Shown here one piece after another: positions 38,701 to 48,309 of a stretch of 64,000 nucleotides of DNA (its first letter is position 1; every line of letters begins with the position of its first letter). The DNA lies in the NCBI GenBank assembly GCA_964199315.1, contig OZ116705.1, positions 9,300,001 to 9,364,000 of the forward strand, written 5' to 3'. A model generated the notes under the pieces. The model ran no database searches, was not told the DNA's origin, and saw only the letters and a program-made list of their open reading frames with translations. The translations under genes were made by a program, and so were the position numbers. This stretch comes from Orbicella franksi. Its lineage: Eukaryota.

Positions 38701-41700
38701 TACAACTAGAAAGAGCAAGAGCATGCTACATGATCAATTACATCAAAATCAGTTGATACTTAAACTGGAATCAGATACTTTTCTGTTTTTGTTTTTGTTT
38801 TTTTTTAATCTGGATAGATAATAAAGAGGAGGATCAAGCAATGTTGCTTTGAAAACAGTGTCCCTATAAATGGATTCTTAAAACAGACTTGCGTCATGTC
38901 TAGAGAAGTCTCTGTAGTGATACTATCTTTAGTCATTGTGCATACAATAGAAACCAGAGTTACTGATTGCTGGTTACAGGTGCATTTGGCTTGTGGGGAA
39001 GAAAAACTGTATCCCTGAAAACAACCTTCAAGTTTCTAGTACACATCCAAGGAAAAATAATCCTCAGTTATTGTGTCAGCATCTAAGTGGAACAATAGGG
39101 TGGCCAGTCTGGATATATGCACCTGGACTGTCAAGATGTTAGCCTGTGTTACACCCAACCTCTCCGAAAAAAAAAAAATAATGGGTGAGAGCATTTGTGG
39201 TTCAAGGCCAAGAGATTTTACCTGAAATGTGTAGAAAATGACCTGATTGATTTACCAACCAGTTGTGGTTTAAAAAAGTTTTCGTTGAACGCTGCTCTTT
39301 GCATTTTATCGGTTGTGCTGAACAAATATTTTGGCAGGTCAGATGTTATTACACTGAAACAGTTTTAATGCAAGAAAATTTAAGCAAGGAACACAATTTT
39401 CAGTGGCAACACACAGACGCTCTCTCCAATTTTTTTCTTTTAAGGAGGGCGACTGTAACACAGGCTACCCTCCTAAGAATGCTTGCCTCTTGACTTGCAG
39501 TTTAGTTTGCTTAAAACAACAAACCTACCAAATGACTCAACAGTACTGAACACAACACCAAGCTCCACAAGCTGAACATTTTCATCAATGGTTATATCAA
39601 GATCTGGAACTTCAGGAAGATCCTAAAACAGAATTATACATTGTAACTTTACTATTAATGTTCTCAGCAACTGAGACAAGGTGTATAACAATTGAAGGCG
39701 TGCATGGAATAAAGTTCTCAGCGACTTTTGGAAAATTTTGAGGTAGCCAGGATTGAAATAACTACCTGCAATTTTCACAGTTTACTCTGGTTTTATTTAT
39801 TGTCTAAAAGGAAATAGTAATTATCACTATTTTTTTAGACAATAAATAAAACCAGAGTAAACTGTGAAAATGTTTCATATCAAGCTATGCACTAAGAGCT
39901 GCTAAATAAGCTACAGTTTAGGGGTATACCTTAAATACAGTATAAGGTTGATACACAATTTGAAGTCGTTCATTTTCGCATTTTAAAGCAATTTCTCTCA
40001 AAATGTCTACCTCCTTCATAGCAGCTGATGTCAATTCTTAAATAAGCTGCTTAGTGGCTTTCAAATGGTATATTGTACAGAGGCAGAGTGTCTTTATTTG
40101 CCGTTTAAAGTGCCGTTCCCCTTGGGGGGCGGGGGGGGGGGGGTAAGGGGTTAAGAAGTTGTGCAATGAAGCCTGAAAAAAATTCAGGCTTGAAGGGGAT
40201 TTGAACCCATGACCTCTGCGATACCGGTGCAGTACTCTACCAACTATCAAGCCAACTGGGCGGCTGGTCAAATTGTGAATTCATAATATACCTGTAGATG
40301 GTGAAGAACACAAGTGAATAGATGAAATTTCATTTATTTGAGTGCAATGATCAATCATGTCTTCATAATAATTGAAGGCTTTCATGCAAAAAGGGCATAT
40401 ATAGCATTTCTCGAAAACAAAGTGCAAATCAACAAAAACAATTATGCAACGATTCTTTTCATATCAAAACAAACCAGTCTGCCAAAAATTAGCTTGATCC
40501 TGCAAAAAATAAAAATCGGCCCAAAATGCTTTATAAGCCCTTTTTGCACGAAAGCCTTCAATAATTATTGGTGGGAGGTATTTCAATGCTGCTTACCTCA
40601 AAGTTTTCCAAAAAGTCACTTAGGGCTATATTTTATGCACCCTTTTTATGATGGGAGTTCAAGGGAGGATGTTCATTACCATTATAAAGACAGTGTTTTT
40701 GCTCATAATATTCTAAACAAAATTTTGATGCGGCCATCACAATACTCTGCGCATGAAACAATTCCAACTGGTTTGTTGAGATAACCACCACGTTAATGGA
40801 AGCTTTATTTGTTTACACCTGTTTTTTGCATTTTCCTTACACTCTCCATCACCATTTTGATTTTGATTTTCAAAGTTTCCAACAAATGAACGAATGAACG
40901 AACAAACAAATGAACAAAAAACAAATAAGCTAGAGGATATACTATGTACCTTCACTGACAGTTCACTCCTTGTTTTCAATGGGCCTCTATGAATGTATTC
41001 TTCCTCTTTTTCAATCTCTTTTCTGATGTCCTCCAGGTCATCCCTTACAATTTTGTAGGGAAAAAAAATTATGAATCAAGAAATCAAAAAAAAAAAGATT
41101 TGATTGTGACCTAGCTATTTCCATTTATGTACATCTTAATTCACTTTGGGTTAGTCAGAAGTTCTGGCTTTATCACTCGCCTAGGGGAAAAGAAAGGAAA
41201 ATCTGAAGTTAAGTCACGGGTGAAGTAGTTGCTCATTAGTTTCTAAAGGAACTGTAGTGCTGCATCAACAGGTAAGTGAAATACTAGCTAAAATATTTAT
41301 CAACTTAAAGAGGATAATGGAAAAATTAACTGTGAGTTTGTAAAGGTGGCATTCCAAGAATTAGCCTAACTTCAAAGCAAAGTGAGGGGTAGTTAAGATA
41401 GGGAGCATCTTCGTCAGTTTAACAATTTTATGTCACCAATAATATTATAGCGCACTAAATTCTAGTCATAACACCTCTTGATAGGAAAAAACCAATATTT
41501 AGGTTGAAGGGTGTAAAACAGCATCAAGTTGTTATTGTTTCAAGGGAAAAAGTAAAACAGGTAGCCATTGAAGCTGTATATATATTTTCTCTAAACTAAG
41601 GTAACATTGAACAGCTATGGTTTTTCAGCCATTTTGGTCATAAATAGGGTATGATTTTTACACCCTAGCCTTCATATGGGTATGTTTTTAAGAAGAAGCC

Positions 41701-43766
41701 ACTTTTTCATCATTATCAAAAAGAAAATCAACAAAAACCCTTCGAAATTATGTTTACGCTAATTTAACATTGGTCTGAACTAGAGAACTAATTACAACGC
41801 GAGTCTGAAACAGGGTTTTGATTTAAGGGTCAGGTCACAAATAGGGTTTTGAATTTTTGGTCAGGTCATAAATAGGGTAGGGAATATCACAGATTTTGGT
41901 CATAAATAGGGTAAGGGTTTTGGGAAGTGGGCCGCACAACCCCACCCAATTTTTCTGGGAGTACCCCCCTCTCCCCCAGGGGTGATAATGAAGTCATAAT
42001 TAAACAATTTACTTAATCAGGGCTTGAAAAAAAAAATTCCAGCTTGCCCTTGGGACAAGTAGCCCAGAGGGAAAATTTACTTGTCCTGGACAACCGGATG
42101 GCACTTTTTTCAAGCACTGCTTAATACTTAATTTGGCATTCACTCACTCAGAACTGGATTCAGAGCTTTCACTTTCACTTGATGAGCTCTCATCATCTGA
42201 AGAACTATCACTTAAAGAGCTATCCTCAGTTCCATGCACTGTATGTTGTCCCATCTGAGAAACTTGTTCACTGTCATCAATAATATCTAGTTCTTTATCA
42301 ATACTGGTCATAGCATAGACTTGATGAGTTGTATCAGAGCATGTGGGTGTGTCTTCCTCTCTCTCTAGTTCTACAGGTGAGCATTCCTCACTTTTAGGTT
42401 CTATAAAAGAACATATTTCACCCTCTGCCTCTGTAATAAGTGTATGGTCATCATTCCCTGGCTCTGGGAGACTATGTTTGTTATTATCGGTGTTCATGAG
42501 CATATGCCCACCACTCTCACTGTTAATGAGGATGTTTCCCTCATTATCTGTCTCCATGGGTGAGTGTCCATCACTCTTAGAAATTTTAAGGGTGCACCCA
42601 TCATTAAGTGGCTCTATAAGTGCACATCCACCACTCTCACTCTTTATGAGAACGTTTCTTTCACTATCTGTCTCCATGGGTGTGTCTCCATCACTCTTTA
42701 ATTTGCTAAGGGTGTTCTCATTCCCATCATTTGGTGGTTCTATGACTGTGGGTCTACCACTTTCAACCTTTACTATGTGTCCATCATTGTCGTCCTCCAT
42801 GTTTCCATTATTCTTAGACTCTGCAAGGATACATCCATAACTTTCTTGTTGTACAGGTGTGTGTGTGTCTCGTCCTAGCTCTCTAAGTGTCCGTCTATTG
42901 GTTCCTGGCTGTGTGAGTAAATGTCCATCATTCTGAGACCCGAAAAGTGTGCATTCAGAACCCTCTGGATTTATGGGCATGCATTCATCTGTTGTAGACT
43001 GTGTGGGTGTGTGTTCAACACTCTCAGTCTCCATGACTGTGTGTCTATCACTTTTGGTCTCCATAAATAAGTGTCCATCACCCTTTGGTTCTAGGAGTAT
43101 TTGCCTATCACTCTCTGACTCCATTTGTTTGCTTCCCTCATTTATAGGTTCTATGATTGATTGTCCTTCACTCTTACTTTCTATGAGTGTGTGCCTATCA
43201 TTCTCTGTCTTCATAAGTATTTGTCTATCATTTTCCGACTCTACAAGTGTTCCTCCACCACTTTCAGGCTTCTTGAGCAGCTCTGGTACTACCATCATTG
43301 TAATCTGTGGTACAGTGTCAGCTGAGTTATTGCTATTCAAATTGTTGTTTTCCTCTTGCAAAGATGCACCTCTTTCTTGAGCAAAAATTGGATTAACACC
43401 TATACTTTGAAAGTTACTGATAACCATTTCTTTGCTGCCAGCATCTTCAGCCATTTTACTTTCATTAATTGAAGGCTCTGTAGAATTTTCTGGACATGTT
43501 TCTTCATCTGAACTTGAATACATTTCGGCGATTGCAGAGAGGCAATTTTTGGAATCGCCAGAAGTTATTGAAATACTCGACAGTTCTTTTTGTTTCTCAT
43601 GGAAGACGGTATCATTTCTAGGTTCACGCTCTTCTTCTAATTCTTCTGCTACTTTAGTTTTATTTGTAACAACTGAGTGACTAGAGTTGTCGTCTTTCTC
43701 CGACTGTTGGCCACCAAAGTTGTCAATGTTTACATCGTTTTCCAAGATGCGTTCAATTTGTTCCAT
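32820..43766 (-). CDS. NAF1: H/ACA ribonucleoprotein assembly factor NAF1, about 930 aa
   Basis: Exons 43766-42148, 41043-40950, 39622-39529, 38705-38623, 38281-38121, 36137-36086, 34518-34457, 34131-34055, 33370-32820 (sum 2793 nt). Acidic/Ser-rich N-terminus; Gar1/Naf1 domain (PLKTRSELSVKDLPEVPDL...LDSDSVLFLENR...VFETFGPVQTPFYSIRFN...KGSDASWEHDEEPPQEAIEYSDDEEE); Pro-rich C-terminus. The ORF-track start at 43799 is TTG; the first ATG in good context (aaatATGg) is 43766. Confidence 0.92.
33386..33564. mobile_element. Tc1/mariner-type MITE, TA TSD
   Basis: TA-CAGTTCAACC...GGTTTAACTG-TA. Confidence 0.8.
34241..34422. mobile_element. MITE family B copy
   Basis: CTTTTA on both flanks (6-bp TSD). 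Confidence 0.8.
35444..35764. repeat. ~320-bp interspersed repeat with internal inverted repeats
   Basis: Highly similar to 61245-61563 (GTCAAGATGGCTGGATATTG...CTTGCCCGCTC.CGGAGCT..CCATATAATAA). Fragments at about 15290-15690 and 61570-62105. Confidence 0.85.
36640..36964. mobile_element. Fold-back MITE with ~125-bp arms, TTAA-flanked
   Basis: AAGTTCTAAGATAACTATCCATAGAGTTCCAAATACT... and its reverse complement; TTAA at 36636-36639 and 36965-36968. Confidence 0.8.
37283..37522. mobile_element. Palindromic MITE
   Basis: ATAGACCATTTTACAGTCGTCTGCTCAGTG...CATTGAGCAGACAACTGTAAAATGGTCTAT. Confidence 0.8.
40150..40370 (-). repeat. Interspersed repeat containing a tRNA-like segment
   Basis: Minus strand GTTGGTAGAGTACTGCACCGGTATCGCAGAGGTCATGGGTTCAAATCCCC followed by AGCCTGAATTTTTTTCAGGCT; it does not fold as a complete tRNA. 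Confidence 0.6.
42018..42119. mobile_element. 102-bp hAT-like MITE, 6-bp TSD
   Basis: CAGGGCTTGAAAAAA...TTTTTTCAAGCACTG; CTTAAT at 42012-42017 and 42120-42125. Confidence 0.8.
42330..43270 (-). repeat. Coding 30-bp (10-aa) degenerate tandem repeat in NAF1 exon 1
   Basis: About 30 units such as TENDRHTLIE, SESDRQILLE, PKGDGHLFME, TKSDRHTVME, LKSDGDTPME, SKSDGHSPME, SESGGHMLMN. Confidence 0.85.
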
Positions 43767-44007
43767 ATTTCGCGACTTTGACAACTGACAATGCTCCAAT
43801 CGTTCTACTAGAGAAAGCTTGATACCCCTGGCTACAAAAGAAGCCTTGAATTACCACTGACAACGCAATAACACGACCACAACGACATGAGTGGAGTTGA
43901 TTCTCGCTCAAATTTGTCAACCATGTTCACACACACGTGCTATGTACAACATGATCGCATGTTCAGACGGTCGAATGCTCAAGATGCATCGCGCGCTTCA
44001 ATGTCAT

Positions 44008-44033
44008 TCTCTTCGATCACCAACAAGTTGAAA
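44008..44033 (+). promoter_or_regulatory. RPL34 TCT-type initiator and non-coding exon 1
   Basis: TCTCTTC at 44008-44014 fits the YC(+1)TYTYY motif of ribosomal-protein promoters. Donor AAA/GTACGT at 44034; acceptor CAG directly abuts the ATG at 44164. Confidence 0.7.
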
Positions 44034-44163
44034 GTACGTAGGATTTACCTTACCTATAGCAATCTGAGTTAATCTTCGGAAATCCATACATCGGACTAGT
44101 TGATGCATTTACAGATGAAATATGTAGTGTTTCTTCTTTTCATTTATGCAATTTTTGTTTCAG

Positions 44164-47100
44164 ATGGTGCAGCGACTGACCTACAGACGTCGTCTATCCT
44201 ACAACACTCGGTCCAACAGGAAAAGGATGTGAGTTAGAGTTTATGCTTTGACGATCACCTGTAGTTTCTGCTTTGGAATTTTCTTATATTTCTGTAATAT
44301 TAATCGTTTTCAACACTCTTTTTCCCTGGATGCCATATGCAGTTCCAAGACTCCTGGTAAGTTTGTCTTCAATTCAAGTTTCGATATAAAACACTGATAC
44401 GATACGATAATAACACTCATGCAAACAGTACAACTATGTAGTAATAAAACAAAATTGCTGCTGTGAAAACTTGTTCCGTTACTGGAGAAAGCAACTGGCT
44501 CCACGAAGTTTTCCTTTTGTTTCACGTCTGCACTGTTTAATTTACATGAAACCTTGATCTTTCCCGAACGACTATTAGTTGGAATTAGGAACTTGCCATT
44601 GATTTCATGTTATGAATTTGCAAAAAGTAACAGCTCTTTTTACTTTGAATCCATAGGCTACAACTTTCGTTTATGTATATCGTTTGTTTTGACAGCAACC
44701 CTAATGCTTGTGCACAATAAACATGTTAGCTAACTAGAACGTGTTGTTAACTGAGAAGATTTTGTCCATGACCTGAAGTGAAAGTGATTTAAGCGTTTGG
44801 GAACACAACTATGAATAAACCGATGCATTTTCAAATTTATTGCTATGACGGAACCCTGCCTTACGACTGCCTTGTTATTATGGCCACTTCATTATTTTGG
44901 GCGTATGTTTTGGACTAAAGAAAATTTTTATTCAGTCATCAGGGCTGTCATTAAGTCTTAATTCACCTGTAGCCTTGATCTTCACACCCATAACAAACTT
45001 GTTACTTTATGGCTGAATTGTATCAACTACAGGCCAGTTCACTTGTAACATCAAGGGTCCATCAAACATACTCAGGCGTGACAGGAACAGGTTACAGCCC
45101 ATATTGACAGCCCTGGTCATTTTCCTAATTTATGAACCTGTATGATGCACCCCCACTTCTTTGATTCCTCTAATCTGATCACATTATGGCCAAAAGGTGA
45201 TTGTAAATACAGGGTTCTGCTGTAGTTAGTACGTGTTGGTTGCCTTCCTGAAAAAAAAAACCTCATTTAAACTTTTTGTTGGTTATAGGAGGGAAGTTGG
45301 TTTACCTGTACACCAAAAAACAAGGCAAGGTTCCAAAATGTGGTGATTGCAAAGTGAAACTACAAGGGGTGAGTAGATGAATCGTTTTGGACAGTTTTTA
45401 TCGTAGTATCTTGAGGATGTTTTCAGGTTACTCCACACCTTCGTGGGGCTACTTTTTCCAAATTGTCTTTTTTCCAACCAAATTAAAGTTCGTTATTCAA
45501 GGTAACATTTTCTAAAAAATGAAAATAAGATATTGAAACACGCGCGAGTTATTGGGAAACAGAGGTTTTTTAATAAAAGTTAATAAACCGTCAAGGTGTC
45601 ATAATCCCCAAAGGGCATGGACTCCTCAGCAACCTTATCGCGGCAAACAGCTTAATCCAGAGATCTTATATCACATACTTTCAATTTGAGATTTCAAGTC
45701 CGTCAAGGGTGCCTTTTTGTAATCATGCTTCGGCAATTGTTCAGTTTCTTTTTATTTTGTTCGTTCCACATCGCTTTTCTCTGTTTTGCCCTTTATTGCT
45801 GACCACCAGCCTAAAACGTATGCACCTAAAACTTGACTGTAACACTATCGCTTTACCACAAAGTTCAACTTTCCTTACTGTGAATGCTAGGGGTTCTGTT
45901 ATTTCATTGGCTGGCGGCATTTTGAGTTAATATATCCCTCTGAGAAGGCGTGACATGTTTATTAATCTTTAGAAGGCGAAAACTTGCACTCGTTTTTTGA
46001 GAGAATCCCTCCTCTGTAAATGAATTAATAGGGTATGTAGAATCGATGGTTTTCCTTGAAATTTGGCCAGAACATTCACTGATAGATATGGAACAAAAAC
46101 GTGTTAGCGAATTCTTTAATTTCAAATACTTTTCTAGTGGCGGTCTCTAATGCAACACGTTACACAAATTTTTCCATAGTGGAACTTGACAGATCTATTA
46201 AAAAGATAACCAATAGAAATGAAAGAAAATGCTGACATGCTTTGAGAGATTGATGCTTTGTGATTAACACTGTACAGTTATTTTGCTTTAACGATCGCAT
46301 TTGATACCCGATTAATTTGCTGCCTTGGGAAAGCAGTGGGCAAAAGAGAATATAATTTTATCAAATTCTACATTTTATAACCTGTCTATTGATATATACT
46401 TTGTGGGGGTTTCCTTCAAGACAGCACGCGTACGAATTTTCTTCTGGAGGACACCCGCGAAGGTTTGAAGTAACCTTAACCAGTTGTGTCGTACATCAGT
46501 GAGTCTGTGAAACAAGTCAAATTACAGACTGACAAACAAAATATCCCAAGATGCTGCATTTGAATGGTTCATAGTGAACTGTTGGAAAAATTGCAATTAT
46601 AACATTGCTTCTACAGCTGTAGCTTCTTCATGCTACATAAACTGGCATTTGTTATTAAACTCTAGACAGGCTTTCAACTCATCATGTGTAGTGCATTTTT
46701 CAAGGAGCAGATGACAATATTTAACCAAATAAATCACTATCTGGTGGATAGCACAGTATATTTTGTCAACTCTTATGCTTTGGATTGCTATTTATCTGGC
46801 TTGGGTTGTTCAAAAGGTAGATAACACTATCCACGGGATAAATCACTATCCAGTGGATAACATGGTTTGTTTTGTCAACACTTCTCCATTGGATAGTGGT
46901 TTATCCAGTGAATAACGTTATGCAGCCTTCAAACAACTGGGGCCAGGTGGATAGCATTGTCTACCCATTGAATGATATTGCCATGTACAAGGAAGTTAGA
47001 TATTGGGAACATTCAGTGTAGATTGAGTTCATGAGTTGTCTATGTATGTGAGACAACATTCAGTCATAGATGGGTACGTGGCTTTTGCTAAATGTTAACA

Positions 47101-48309
47101 ATATGGCTAGAGGTAATAAGGTAGACATCCATATTACGCTTTTATCCGTATTTTCTTGAATGTGTTATATAGCTTCCAGCTCTTCGTCCCAAGAAGCTGA
47201 TGCACATATCCAAACCACAGAAGACTGTTAGCAGGGCATATGGTGGTTCACGCTGTGCTCGATGTGTGCGAGAAAGGTACGGTGAAACTACTGTCAAATG
47301 CAACTTAAAAGGCAAAGTCATATAAATACTGTTTGTCTTCATCATTTATATCATTTTTATTGTATAACGGGATCACATCCTTTAAAGAAAAAAATGGCCA
47401 TGATTCAGTGCAACCTACTGTAACCAGTACTGTCAAAGGTAGCTAGCTGATGGAAAAAATGACTGTCTATGATCATGGCAGGTTACTCTGCTATCTGAAG
47501 CTTTAGAAAAAAAGAATGAAAAAGATGGCAAAGTCAGCCACCTACTCCAAAACTAAAGCCGTGTTCTTCAAACCTTTTTCAGAACTCTGCTATAACACAA
47601 AATTTCTCTAATCTTCTGTTCATGATTTGGTTGTAATTGAGAATTTTATTGGAAAGTCACCCACCATGCTTGTGTTATTACCCAGTTCATGCATTATTTC
47701 TGTGTCACTGGACAATGCAAACAGTTGCATCCGAATAGGTCCTTCCCATTCAGTTGTCCTTGGATGGGTTCTCTTACGGACATTGAAAACAAACTCAGCT
47801 GCTGCTTTTTTATTAGTAGTGGTAGTATTTACCTTAATGTGGAAGTTTTTAGGACCAGTCTGTTCAAAAAACAATTAGGGATTAATTGTATGTATGAACA
47901 GATTAAACTTTTTAGTAATTTCCAAGAGTGGCTGCGACAGACCATAGGGGGTCAAAGGGCATCCTCCCCCATTAAATTTTTAAAATTGAAGTTCTTGGGA
48001 ATGAGATTTCTGGCATTCTGAGGTAAAGTCAGTGTGTTTGTGTGTGTCTTTTTTTTTTGTAATTTAGGGGGTTCAAGGGGAGCCCCTGAACCCCCTAGAT
48101 TTACCCCAGGGAACGTCCTTAGACCAGCAACCCCCTCCCATAAAAAAAAAAATCAGCCTGCTACAGAAACTTCTTCAGCTCACTCTGTTTAAACTAACCA
48201 GTGATTGTTGTCTTTTTGCAGGATAGTCAGGGCCTTCCTGATTGAGGAACAGAAGATTGTTGTGCGTGTCCTCAAAGCACAGCAGGGAAAGAAACCAGCC
48301 TCAGATTAA
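44164..48309 (+). CDS. RPL34: 60S ribosomal protein L34 (eL34), 116 aa
   Basis: Exons 44164-44228, 44343-44356, 45289-45368, 47173-47276, 48222-48309 (351 nt) translate to [122 protein letters not shown] at 48316-48321. All exons are too short to appear in the ORF track. Confidence 0.98.
44940..45115. mobile_element. hAT-like MITE (CAGGGCTGTCA...TGACAGCCCTG) with 5-bp TSD, inserted in a Tc1/mariner MITE
   Basis: GTCAT at 44935-44939 and 45116-45120; host MITE about 44845-45225. Other copies at about 63028-63208 and a fragment at about 2600-2712. Confidence 0.8.
46715..46973. mobile_element. Family A MITE nested in an older family A copy
   Basis: The host sequence TTTATCTG/GTGGATAGC is split by the insert at 46799-46943. 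Confidence 0.75.

Noticed and set aside
40190-40250. Possible tRNA gene
   Set aside because: A tRNA-like fragment embedded in a dispersed repeat; the acceptor stem and D arm are incomplete.
42330-43270. 30-bp periodicity as a CRISPR-like array
   Set aside because: The units are contiguous, degenerate and in-frame coding repeats with no constant repeat and unique spacer structure, in a eukaryotic gene.
42343-43680. Plus-strand ORFs of 165, 143 and 82 aa antisense to NAF1 exon 1
   Set aside because: Shadow frames produced by the stop-poor reverse complement of the repetitive coding exon; Ser/Leu-rich with no motif.
44463-44515. Hairpin GAAAACTT...TGGAG/CTCCA...AAGTTTTC as an H/ACA 5' arm
   Set aside because: An ANANNA box follows it only on the strand antisense to RPL34, and there is no second hairpin or ACA; it is probably a decayed palindrome.
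45135-45222. Apparent C/D snoRNA (ATGATG...CTGA with a terminal stem) in an RPL34 intron
   Set aside because: It is the right half of a Tc1/mariner MITE; the same family occurs at 62690-62872.
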